This document shows positions 1 through 12,000 of a DNA stretch of 33,875 bases, piece after piece. Source of the DNA: Monocercomonoides exilis PA203 (taxonomy: Eukaryota; Protista; Preaxostyla). The DNA is taken from positions 1 through 33,875 of the forward strand of contig LSRY02000089.1 of assembly GCA_001643675.2 (NCBI GenBank). Direction: 5' to 3'. Position numbers and translations under genes: made by a program. The notes under the pieces were generated by a model. The model was given only the letters and a program-made list of their open reading frames with translations. It did no database searches and had not been told where the DNA came from. How positions within the stretch are numbered: position 1 is the stretch's first letter; each line of letters opens with the position of its first letter.

Positions 1-328
1 AAACAAATTTTCACTTTTTTTTTTCACATTCAATATAACAACTTGTTTATTTTTAATGAAAATTTCATTTGTATTAATAGCAAAAACAAAAAGATTTGAA
101 AACAAATAATTCAAGAGTTTTCAGAGAAAAATTAAAATTGCTTTCAAAAATCGTTTATATCGATTACAACACCTTTGAATTAATTAATTGAATAAAAACA
201 ATTTTTATTATTTGAATCTTTATTTATTAATTAATTTTCATGAAAAAATAAATTATTTTTGATCAACTTTTCGTTAAAATTTCAAGTTTTTTTCTAATTC
301 TCATAGTCCCGCTCCAATTCTGTTCATT

Positions 329-2304
329 TCAATCGTTGAATGACTTTTCCTTGATTTCTTGCAATTCTAACTTTTTTGAATGCACTTCATATGTGTCATT
401 TTCAGACTTCTCATCTTTCGTAACGTATTTAGAAACAGCTGTTCTCCACGCTTTTTCTTCAATAATCTTGTTTCTTCCTTGTTTGTTTTTCATCAACTCC
501 AAACACCATATCAACTTTCATCCTTTTCCTGAACAATCTCCTCACTCCCTTAGTTGCAAATCTATCACTCACTCCTCCATCCCATTCATCTGCGAATTTG
601 ATATTATGGAAAACTTCAGGATTCAGAAGGGCTTTCTCCACAACTTCACCTCCTTCAGCTTCTGGGTTGCCAACTCTGTTCGCAACAATAGCAGCAGATA
701 TAGCGTTCTTCGCATATCTCTGCTGAACTGCTGAATTGGGAACCCATCCCACCACTGCAGCAGTTTACATACAAGTAGAATCTCAGTCATGCGCATTCAA
801 ACCAGTTGCAAGAAGTGCTGAACACTTGAATCCACTTCTTAACGAATGAAAGGAGAATAAATTGCTTGGATACCCAGTGCTCCTAGCCCTCATTCTTAAT
901 CTCAATGACATCGAATCCCGTCGAATGTTCCATATCCTCCTCTCCTTCTGCACCTCATCCAAAACTCAATTATCTCTTTGATGCAGATCCAAATTGAAGC
1001 ACCTTTTAAAATGCTCATTCAACCAAAACAACGGAATAGTATTCGATTTTTCTTCCAATTTCCCTTCCAATGAGATATCATGATTCCATCGATGATTGTC
1101 TTTGGTTACTCTGAATTTAATTTTCAATACTTTCGTATCTTTCCCTGCTGCATCAACAAGAACTCCAATGTCAGATAACAGAACGTTAGACATCGTGATC
1201 GCTCAAGCACCTGTCATAACTGCAACAAGCCATAGAGATGCTTCTTTTTTTGTCTGGATGAAGATTGCTCGTATGATCAATTATCCTTTCAACATCCAAT
1301 AAAAGGCACGGTTCCTTGCCTGTTCCATTCGGCTTCACTCCTTTATCAACGCGTCCTTCCTTTATAACAAGAGATATCGCATCCCTCACGTCTTCTGACA
1401 ACCTCTGTCCAGTAATTTCCATATTTATACGCTTCAAACTTAATGCGAAAACATTATCCACCGTATCTCGAGTATAAATTCTGCTTCTGTAGTCGAAACG
1501 CAAAAATGAAGTGACGTTCTTATCGTCCAACGGAATAGCTTCATTTCCTTTAATTTCGCAAAATGCTTCATAAACTTTTAGAACCCATTCATGTCTTTTG
1601 AGGGTTGATTCGTAGGAAATAGCACTTAGCTCATTAAATACATAAAGTTCTTCAGCCGACAAGGATTTGATCTTCCTCATTGTATCTCATTCATTCACAG
1701 CACGATTAACTATCGGTGTGAGTGCTGGACTAGAAATCTTTTCACAACCTTCAGATGTTATTTGTTTCGTTTCTTCATACAAGTTTGACACTCTTGAATA
1801 GTCAAACAAACTGTATCTTACATGCTTCAATTCCAAAACAAGGAGCTTTAAAGATTCAATTTGAATGAATATTCATTCTCTTCATCATGACCGTCAGATA
1901 GCTGCATTGAATCCTTTTGTTTTTCCTTCTCCAGTTTGTCTCAAAGATTCATCTATCCCCATTTCTTGCACAATGGCTTTCATTTCTGAGTTTAAATCTG
2001 GATCAAATGGCTTCTTAAACATCTAATTTTGAATCCTCTTTGGAGAAGGAACTACGATACACTCAATTGAACCCACAAATTACTCACAATCCATTCCTTC
2101 GAAACGAAGAAATCCTCTTATGCACTCGACATTCATTGGAAATGGACGGAAATACAGAGTTTCATCGTAAGTAAAATAAATTCTGATTTCCTGTGTGTGC
2201 TTTTTTAAAGTCGATGAAGAATAGTGACGAGGTTCCACCATATATTGATGAATTTTTTCGATTTGAATCCCATTTAAACCTCTTTCTAGAAAAGCAGGAC
2301 GCAT
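329..2304 (-). pseudogene. Decayed tyrosine recombinase (phage-integrase fold; Crypton-like DNA transposon)
   Basis: Manual translation across ORF fragments gives the YR catalytic set in order: LWLVAVMTGA*AIT (the Arg position is TGA at 1203-1205, probably from CGA), RVTK, FSFHSLRSG (HxxR, 837-848) and VVGW...QQRY (Tyr 714-716). N-terminal core-binding-like region STLKRHEWVLKVYEAFC...PLDDKNVTSFLRF. There are several in-frame stops and a frameshift in the T run near 1245-1251. Confidence 0.88.
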
Positions 2305-3221
2305 TTTGACTCTGCTGAGTGATATGTTTTGTTCCTCCAGTTCTTTTGATATGTTGATAAAATTTTATGTCTCATTTTCTTTCTTTTTTTTTTTTAAAAA
2401 AAATTCATCTTTTTGTTTTAAATCTTCAGTTTTTTTCATTTCATTTTTAAAAAACAAAGAATTCCTTGAGATAATTGATATTTTTTTTTCTCAGAAAAAA
2501 TGAACAAGTTTCGTAATATTTGCGTGTGATGCGTGATAAAACAAAAATCTTTTGGCATGTGATTTCCGAATCCACATCATCATCATCCAAATATTTTCGA
2601 CTATTCATTTTTTTATCTTCTTCTTTTTCTTCTTCACTTTCATCTTCCACTTTTCTTCGTTTGAGTCCGCATTCTTAAATGAATCCTTTTCTCTCTTCCT
2701 TCTTTGTGCTTTCATTTTCGCTTTCTTCTTCGCTGCTCGTTCCTTCTTCCATTTCTGAGACAAAGACTGAATGGTCATTGTCAACACGTTTAACTTTTGT
2801 CGACAATTCTCCTAGCCACGCTTCCTTTACTATTTTATTGGTATCCTGAATCGTGGCATGAGGGATCATGTCATATTCGCCATCTGCATCGTCATATATA
2901 ATTTCATACGATTCTTTCACTTTATGTAAATGAAAACAAAAAGGAAAAGAAGATTAATTATTTATAAAGATAAAAAAAAAAGTTTTCATTTTTCATCTTC
3001 ATAGCTATTCATAACTGACCTTATTAACATTTCTTACTCGTCAGTTTGGTTAGATATGCAATCTTCTTCTTCCTGCATATATTTATTTATTTATTTTTTT
3101 AACAGAATTCCCTCATTTCATTTTTAGATCAGTTATTGTTAATTTTTGGAAAAACAGAATTGAAAAATAACAAAGTTAAAAATTGAGTATTCTTTTATTT
3201 TGATTTGTCAAAATTTTTATG

Positions 3222-3431
3222 AAAAGTTCCTTTTGTTTCATTTTCAAATCAAATTAAAATTTTATTTTTCTATCACATTTCTGTTCACACTCACGAAACT
3301 TAACTAAAATGGAAATATAAACATTGTTGAAATATTGTTTTCATAACATCGAAATCAAGTGATTGGGAAAAGAAAATTGATTGAAATATGAAATTTTTAT
3401 TCTATTTGAAAATTAAACAAAAGGAACTTTT
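3222..3431. repeat. Long imperfect inverted repeat (arms ~3222-3294 and ~3359-3431)
   Basis: aaaagttccttttgttt (from 3222) is the exact reverse complement of aaacaaaaggaactttt (ending 3431). The ungapped alignment extends ~70 bp with scattered mismatches. Confidence 0.8.
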
Positions 3432-3432
3432 A

Positions 3433-3471
3433 ATTAATCACATTTTCCATAATATGGAAAATGTGATTAAT
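3433..3471. repeat. 39-bp palindrome (19-bp perfect arms, 1-nt centre)
   Basis: attaatcacattttccata-a-tatggaaaatgtgattaat. Confidence 0.92.
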
Positions 3472-3908
3472 GAAGACAACTATATTGAATCTGATGAAGA
3501 TTTTGGAGCAGGAGATTGGGCAAGCGCTTTTGAATATGAGCCTTAGATATTTTTCTTATTTGAATAATATCATTTTAATATGTTTTTTCATATTTTCTAA
3601 GCTTTTTTAAAAACAATTCTGTCACGTTTTCAATAAAAATTCAAAAATTTGTTTTCAATCAATAAAATTTTTTTAAAGAAATTACACCACCAAAACATTT
3701 CAGCAATTTTAAATACTCAAAAATATATCTATAATATAAATAACATTATAAAATAATTATTCAAATTTGAACGCTCTAAGACATCCGTATTATGCTTGTT
3801 TGCGCGCAAATAAGTGTGTGTTTGTAAATTGAAGAAGAAAAAGAGAGCCCATAACAATATATCTGGAGTATTTGAAGCGGGCTTATCTTGGACAGAGTGC
3901 ATCAGGGA

Positions 3909-6900
3909 TGCTGCAGGCAGGGCAGAAGGAGTGCGCAGCGGAACGGCGGGAGGCGGCGTGGGTCGGGGAGAAAGACGAAGCAGTGAGCACGATTCAAGCG
4001 CTTGCTGAGCATTCTTTGGCTCACGCCGGTCTGTGTGGATTCCGCCATTTTCTTTTGTGGTGCGGGACGCGTCCGGGAAAGCAAACACCGCCACGCTCGG
4101 GTGTCTGAACCGGTGCACGTGCAGGGTGGGGAGAGGGGAGTTTTGCATTCACCTTTCATTTGTCATCACGCGGCTGTGCCGGGTGCCGTGCTTCAACCCC
4201 TGTCGTGGCAGCGGGGTTCACAGGGGCGAGCTGGCAGCGGTGGTGGACGGGTATTTGGCGCAGAAGATGCAGCCGGTAGGCAGTTTGGGGCGAGGAGAAA
4301 AGGAGGAATTGGGAGAGGTGCAGCAGCAGGCGCTGAGCGAAACGACTGTGTGCATCCTGTGCCAGCAGCGGCTTGAGCGGAGGCAGCGGCTGAGCTTCTG
4401 CCGGTATGGGTGCGGGCTGAGTGTCCATTGGGGGTGCATTTTGTTGTGGCAGTGCTTCCACAAAGGGGCAGGGCTTGCTGTGTGCTGCCCGTACTGCGGG
4501 GCAGCGTGGGATCCGTATGAGAAGAAGGCAGCGCGGGGTGGGCCGTCGCCGTTTGTGCATGGAAACACGAGGTGCAGTGTGTGCGGGATGGCGCCGATCA
4601 AAGGGCCGGAGCTGAGGTGCAGTGTGTGCCGGGGTTTGGGATGTGTGTGCCGTGCTTCAAAAGCGGGGCGCACGGGCAGCACACGCTTTTGTGCCGGGAC
4701 TGGGCAGAGGGCGAGGCGCGGGTGATTGAGGCAGCGAAAGGGAAGGGGAGAGGGGCAGGGCCGGAGCGGGCATTTCCGCTGACAGCAGAGCTGATTTCGA
4801 AGGTGTTTGACTATGTGCATCCGCCGCCGTCGGACGAGACGCAGGCGCCGTCGTCAGACACGCGAGCTTTGCCAAGCGGGGTGCGGACGAGTGCATGCTG
4901 TGCCGGCAGGCGCTCTTGGGGAAAGGGGGAGCGGGAGGGGAAAGCAGAGGAAGCGGGAAGGAAGGGGCATCGCTGCGGCAGCTGGCGTGCGGCCATGTGT
5001 TCCACTCGGAGTGCATTGACCGGAGGCTGATGGTGCGGGACGAATGCCCGATGGACCACGAAGCAGCGATCGAATACAGCCATCTTGGAGAGAGCAGCAG
5101 CCGAAGCGCAAGTGATGGTGGGGGCAGGGAAAGGGAAGGGCGCAGGCGCAGCTGATTGGAGCAAAGGAGGAGGAGGAGGAGAAGAAGAAGGGATGAGCGA
5201 GCAGCAACAGGCAGTGTTTGTGCAGCATCCGCAATCGAGAGGATGGGGCAGCAGCAGTCTGCCTCGGATAATCCCTGGGGTTCATCAATGTCTCTGGCAG
5301 GCACGTCATCAGCGCTGCAGGAGGCATCTGAAGGCGAGTGGAGCGGCGTGTGGGATGGTGGAAGGGGAGGCACTTTGGTGGACCCAGCACTGCTTTTGGC
5401 GGACTCGGTGCCTTCTTCGCCATCTTCGTCGCCTTCGACGTCGCCTTCTCTTTCATCTTTGTTCTCGCACTCTTTTGAGCTGTTTCCGCCATCGTCTGCA
5501 CTTGCCCTGCGCGACCCATTTCTGGCACGGCGGGATGTGTTTGGGCGAGGGGTGAGGCAGGGTGTGTGCGTGAAGCAGGCACCGAAAGGGAAGGTGGCAA
5601 AGGGATGGACGCTGAGCAGGCAGGCGGGAGAAGAGGCTGGAAGGCGCAGGAGCGGAGAGAGAGATGGGAGCAAAGGCCGAAGCAGGAGCCGAAGCAGGAG
5701 CCGAAGCAGGAGCAGGAGCAGAGAAAAGAGGAGGAAAGGAAGGAAGGGGGCAGGTGTTGGATATGAATCAAAAGGGAAAGCAGAGGAAAGGAAGGGAAGC
5801 GCAGAAAAGAGGTGGGGCAATACGCGTGGTGGCACAGGATCGTGTGGAAAGGGGAGATTTGGAGGTGCACAGAACAGAATGGGAGGAGTGGCACGAGAAG
5901 AAAAGAAAGGATTGGAAGGGGAAATGGAGGAGACAGCAGGGGAAAGGGGAGAGCTGGCAAGAGATGGTGGAAAAGTGGATGAAAGAGAAGAGGGAGGAGG
6001 AGATGGAAGAGGAGAAGGAGGAGGAGGAGGAAGGAGAGAAATGAAAGAGGAAGAGGAGGAGGAAGAAGAGGAAAAAGGAGCAGGGCATGGAGTGGGGAGA
6101 GAAAAGAAGGATCAGGAGAGGCACTCAGAGAGCAGAAAGGGGGAAGAGAAGAAGAGGAAGAAGAAACAGAAGCAAAAGCAGAAGCAGAAGAAGAGGTTTG
6201 AAGAGGTTGGGATTGAAAGCAGGGCATTTGGAAAAGCAAAGCAGCAAGGAATTGGGCTTTTGTTGCGAGGCAGGCTGATTGAAGGGCAGGGGAAAGGAGA
6301 GGCAGGAGACTGGAAGGGAGGAGCAGGGAAGTGGAGCAGCAGGAGTCAGGCTCGGGGTCAAAGAGGAGCAGCCATTTCTCCGTTTGGCAATGGGAAAGAC
6401 GAGCCGAGGAGCACAGTGCCTGCTGTGCGGTTGCTGAGCACTCCGAGGAGCACAAGACTGGGGTGCTCAGGGTGGAGCCCTGCACCGACAGCGAAACAGG
6501 GTGTTGGGGCGTTGAAGGGCTTGCCGAGCGGTATTGATGGAGTGGGTGGATCAGGGAGAACTGAAAGAGGGGTTGAAAGGAGGGGGTTGAAAGAGCAAAA
6601 GGCAGGGACGGTGGTGGAGGAGAGGGAGCTGGGCAGGGCGAAGACGGACAGGGGAAAGGGGGATGTCAGGAAGCTGAGCAGCATGCAGACAGAAATGTCT
6701 CCGGCGATTATTCGGGGATTGTTCCACTTTTTGTTGGGAAAGCAGCGAGGGGCGGGATGGGAAGGTGCGAGGGGAGAGGAAAGGGGAGAGCAGAAGGAAG
6801 GGAGAGGAAGAAGGGAGAAGGCTTTGAGGGAGGAGAGGAGAGAGAAAGCCAGCAGAAGAAAGAAAGAAGAAGAGATTGAAGAAGAGAATGAAGAGGAGAT

Positions 6901-8982
6901 TGATGTGAATGTGGGAGAAGGAGATGGTTGGGGAGGAGGATGGAGAAAAGACAGGCAGAGCATAATTGTTGAAGCAGGAAAGTGTGAGCACAGAAAGGAG
7001 AGGAAAGAGGAAGGAGCATCGACAGCAGTGACAGCTGCTCCCTTTCCATTGCCGTTTGGAAAGTCGTCTGAGGAAGGATATCAGGAAGAAGCCCAGGCAG
7101 GCAAAAGGCGGGAGCTGGAGGCCTGCTTGGGTGGTTTGGGTGGATGTGGTGAGTCTGGAGGGAAGCGGCCAAAGGTGGAGAGGTGTTTGGGGCAGGATGA
7201 GGGAGAGTGGGGTTTTGAGGGGCAGCACGGCCAGATCCGGCAGGGCAGGACAGTGCAGTTGCATTGCGGCGGAGAGAGTGCATTTGTTGGAGGAAGCATG
7301 CAGCAGAGACAATGGCTGGGCGGTGCAGAGCAGAAGAGAGGGAAAGAGGCAGAAAGAGCATGGAAGCGGCCGAAATCGCAGGGGGATGCGGGTCTGTGGG
7401 AGGAAAGCGGGAGTGTGGCGATTGATGGGGTGGATGCAGAGCATGGCAAGGAGAGGCCAATGGGTGGGGTGGGAGAACGGTTGGGTGGAGGAGGCCGGCC
7501 GCTGCGGTGGCTTCGTGGCTTGCCCCGAAACAGGTCGGCACTGCCATGGTCGACGCCTTCCAGCTTGGCAGCCTTGAATTCCGCAGGTGCTGCTGTGGGT
7601 GAGCGTTCTTTGGTTTGTGCTCCATTGCATGACGCGCAAGCTGAGGCACCGCCGCATTTATTGCCCGACATCTCATCAGCACAGCATGGGCCTGTTGCTG
7701 GCAGGAAGGATGGGCGCAGGAGAATGGAAGTGCAAGTGGAGGAGTCGGGAGATGGGAGCTTCTGCTCCGGCACACAGACAGCACAGATGCCTCAGCGAAG
7801 AAGGGGAGGGTTGGGGAGCAGCATGCTGGCAGCATCAACTGGGCCAGGCGCGCCGGCCACAACTCCAGTGGAAGAAGTGGAGGATGGGATGGAGATGTTG
7901 TGGAAGGAGGAAGGAGGAGGGGACTTTTGGAGCGAAAGAAGGAAAAGGAGGGGAAAGAGGAAGGAGAGATTGGAAGAGGAGGAGGAGGAGAGAGAAAGAT
8001 CTGAGGTATTGCCGTTGGGGCACAGAGAATGGAGCAAGGCAGACGATGGAGACTCGGTTGTTGTGGAAGAAAGCGATGGGAGAGAAGGGTGCTTGAGCGA
8101 GGGCGCGAGAGCAGGACTCGGATTGGCCAGGCTGAGTGGGGATGGGGCTGGCGAGTCGGAGAGTGTTCTGCCACTGATGCAGCACACGGTGCAGGGTGTG
8201 GATGCTGTGTTGCACAACGCTGGCGAAGCAATTGGAGCGGAAGCAGGAGCTGGATGTCTTGCCTCGTCTAACAATTCGCCAAAGGGGGAGCATGCTTCGA
8301 GCAGCTTTCAGCAGTCATCATTTGCTTCACTGGTGGAGAAAAGCGGCTCAGCTGCGGATGCAGGTGCATTTGGTGAGCAACATCTGTGCGTGACAGGCTG
8401 CGGTGAAGAGCGCGTTCTGGAAGTGGGAGCATTTGGAGAAGAGAGAGGAGGAGAAAGAGGAGGAGGAGAAGTAGAAGGGCAGAGCAGGGTGAGAGGAATG
8501 GGAGATAGAAAGGCAGCTTGTCCTGTGTCTGCTCTGGGCACAGCTGATCGGCAGAAGCGGGCGAAGCAGACGAAGCAAACCGGATCGCAGACACCTGGAA
8601 GAAAGGGGCCAAGCAGCTTGCACCTGCTTGCAGACGAGGTGTGCCGGGTTCCACCGCTCATTCAGATGCGCCAGCTTCTCCGCACCCCCTCGCACAGTCT
8701 TCTCAAAACGCTTTCTTCCCCTTCGCTTTCGCCTTCTTCGTCGTCGATACTGCCGCTGGCCAATGCACAGGGTGCTGGAGATCTGAGTGTTGTGGGCAGA
8801 ATGGTTGGGTTGGAGCGAAGCAAGTGAGCATTTCGAATGTGTTTTTATTCTGTTTATATTTTTTTATTTTTGCATTTTTGCATTTGTATTTTTGTTGCAG
8901 GGCATCTGCCAAAACAAAAAGTGAAAAAAAAATGAAAAGAAAAGAAAAGAAATATCTGCATTTTTATGTTTTCTTTTCCTAA
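3909..8982 (+). CDS. ZSWIM2: ZSWIM2/MEX-like E3 ubiquitin ligase (SWIM-RING-ZZ-RING) with a long low-complexity C-terminal tail
   Basis: SWIM (CTC...FCIHLSFV), RING (CILCQQ...FCRYGCGLSVHWGC...CPYC), ZZ (HGNTRCSVCGMAPIKG..RCSVC/PGFGMCVPCFKSGAHGQH) and RING-H2 (CMLC...LACGHVFHSECID...CPMD) occur in ZSWIM2 order. Frames are joined by apparent frameshifts at ~4030, ~4630, ~4880 and ~5120-5190. Linkage to the 5156-8827 ORF and a terminal intron at 8824-8900 (GTGAGC...TTGCAG) are inferred. Confidence 0.78.
5677..5720 (+). repeat. 12-bp tandem repeat (ccgaagcaggag)x3 encoding an RS dipeptide tract
   Basis: Directly visible; translates as RSRSRSRSRSRSR in the 1223-aa frame. Confidence 0.85.
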
Positions 8983-9055
8983 AATGCCTTCAAATCAAAT
9001 GGGATTTCTGCAAATGCTAAAAACAAAAGCAAAGCATGGAAGGCAACTCAAAATT

Positions 9056-12000
9056 CTAATATGAAGACAGTTCAGAGAAACGCCTGCTGGCGCCACTCGA
9101 CAAAGCACAGCACTTTCTCTGCTTGCGCGAAAAACACGACTTCTGAAATTCTCCCTTCTCTCCTCTTCCCTCTTTCAAATCACCCTTTTCTTTCTTCCCC
9201 AAAGTCCTCTTCTCCTCCTCCTCCTCCTCCTTCTTCTTCTTCTCTTCCTCCTCCTCCTCCATCATCAATGCCCTGTCTGCTCCTGCTGCTTCCGCTCCCA
9301 ACCCATGGAGAGCTCAAATCCACCCCGCCTTCCCCTCTGCTCTGCTTTTCTTCTGTCGCTCCCTCTTCCCTCATCTCTTCCATTTCCTTCTCCTTCTCCT
9401 TCCTCTCGCCTCCCGGGTGTTCTGCCCCAAGCAGCGCCGGTGCTGCTGCCAGCGACGAACCCCGCCATCCGCCGCCTTCGCATACCGCCTCTCCATCTGC
9501 ACCCCCGCCGCCTCCACCACACCCCAAACACCACTGCCACCCCCACCACACACGCCCCGCACACAATCGGCACCAGCACAAACGCCACATCACCTGCTCC
9601 CCGCTGCCTGCTGCGCCCTGTGCTTCATTGCTGCTTGTGCCATTTGTGCTGTTCGTGCTGTTCGTGCTGTTGCCCACACACTTGTTCCGCGCCAGCTGCT
9701 GTTCTGCTGCCGCCTCTTCCTCGCTCTCCGGCACAAAGCACAGCGGACTCTTCACACTCGGAATCCGGCTGCACAACCCTCGCGAGTTCTCGTAATACCC
9801 CGACTCGCACCCCGCCGACACGCACCCTGTCTCGCAGAACTCCCCCGTCGCCTCGTCCACCCCGCGCCCCAGCACCCGGTGCGCCTCCCTTCTGCTCTCG
9901 TATCTCTCGCACACCGAAGTCGATTGTGCCGTCAACGATGAAAATGAAGTGGATGAAGTGGATGAATTGAGTTGCGTGAAGTGTGCTTGATGTGCTGCCT
10001 CTCCTCCTCCTCCTCCTCTGCCGCTGCCTCTGCCTCTGCCAAGCCGCCCGGCTGCGCATTCTGCTGTCTCTCGCACCTCCCACCTCGCCAGCCGCTCCAT
10101 CCCCTGCCCCACCCCCACCGCCACCCGCAGCCGCTCCTCCACCTCCATCGCCAAAGGCGTCACTGAACACAGCACCACCACATCCGCCCCACACACCTTC
10201 AGCTCCAGCGACTCTGCCTCTTCCCCAACCCCAAAGCTCAGCGTGTCCTCCATCCCCACGACACCGTCTGCCCCTCCCGCAGCAGCCTCGCCGGCAGCAT
10301 CCCCTCCGCGTTCTCCCCATACTTCGCTGCTGCAAGCGCCCGCACCTCCTCCTCGTCCACCGCTCCCCCTCCGCTGAACGACCCCACATCCACATCCCCC
10401 TCTGCATCTGTCGGGTCTGCCCCTATCACCGCCACCTTCGCCAGGTGCCGCTCCGCAATGTGCTTCACAAACTGCCCACATACCCCTCCGCAAAGCCCGT
10501 CGCTCACCACCATCACATGCTCCGCATCAAACAGCCTCTCCCCGCCCCACTCCACCGACGCCGCCCACTTCCCAAACAGGTCGCTCTCCTCCCTGTTCAG
10601 CGCATACACCCGCGTCCACACACGCTCCCGCCGCACCGCCCCGTCTCCACTCCTCCTCCCGCACCTCCTCCTCGCTCAGCCACTTCTCTTTCTTCTTCTG
10701 CGTCTCATACTCCACCGCCTCCACCCCGCCGTCTCCTGCCAGCCCCTCTGCCACAAGCATGTTCCCCATGCTCTTCACAAACCTCTCCCGCCCATACAGC
10801 GGATACTCCCCCGGAAACAGCACATGCAGCAGCCCCCGCCCCAGCCCTGCTGACCCCCCCGTGTTCCCGCGCACATCCACCACAACACGCACCTTCCCTG
10901 CCTCTCCTTCCCTTTTCTCCCCCTTCTCCCCCTTCTCCCCTTCCTCCCGCAGCCACCGCAGAGTCTCAAACACACTCGCCACAAACTGCTTCTCGTCTTC
11001 AGGGCTGAACGAGTCCACATTCAACACCCCAATCCGCTCCGATTCAACATAATATGCGCTGAACGCCTCGCTCTCATACAGCACTGTCACATCCTCCTCT
11101 TCCGCCTCACTGCCTCCACCTGCTGCATTTTCCCCTCTTTTCCACACCAATCCAATGCCATCTCTCTGCTCCCCAACGCTCCTCCTCTTGCCTCCTGCTC
11201 CTGCCTCTCGCCCTTCACCTGAAATGTTCAGTAGCGCATGCTCGTTGCCTCCTCGCCTGATCCTCAGCCGGGGCAGTCGCTGCTTCGTCACCCTGTATTT
11301 CCCGTTGCTCCCTGTTCCCCAGCCTCCGCTCCTCCGCTCCTTGATGACAAGCGCTGATCCTCCGCCTTCCCCAAACTGCGTGGTGTTCAGATGGTTCTGC
11401 GCTCTTCCCCCTGTGTTGCCGCAGTCCCGCAGTGCTGCTGTGCCCAAACGCCTGCGCCCCACGCTTCCCTGCTCCAAAAGCACTTTCTCGGAAAACCGCA
11501 CGTTCGCTGCTGCGTTAGTCGCTCCCCGGCCTCTGTGGCCCTGCTGAGCCTGACTCCTCGTGAAGTTCAGCCTGCCAAACGCATGCCCCATCAGCGTCTG
11601 CCGCGTGATCTCCCGCAGCTTCCTCTGCTGCCTCCGCTCGCTTTCCCCAACAACTGCCCTTGCAGCCCCCGCTCTCCCCCTGCCCCTGTGCTGCGCACCC
11701 CAATTCGACAAGGCTGCTGCCTGCTTGCTGCCTCCGCCCTGCGTGTCTGTCCCGTTCGCACTCTCCTTCAGCGGGCACAGCCGCGTGATGTCGTAGATGT
11801 CCGCCCCCGACATCCCGTACATCATCCAGCTCGTCTCCCGCACCGCCCCCTCCCCGTCCACATACCGCACCCGGATCGTGTCCGACTCCGGCCTCCTGAA
11901 CAGCCCCGCCAGCCGATACGAGAAATACATCTGCAGCGCTGCATTCACCCGCGCTGCCCGGCTCCGCGACATCATCACGTTCTCGTCTGCCCACCGCGCG

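Larger units (their letters stand above)
300..3471 (-). mobile_element. Putative YR-encoding DNA transposon remnant (approximate limits)
   Basis: YR pseudogene, upstream coding fragments (possible ATG at 3078) and long inverted repeats at 3222-3471. No reverse transcriptase is seen upstream of the YR, which argues against an intact DIRS element. Boundaries are inferred. Confidence 0.5.

Noticed and set aside
180-240. Imperfect inverted repeat around ttaattaa motifs
   Set aside because: Almost entirely A/T in AT-rich DNA, so expected by chance.
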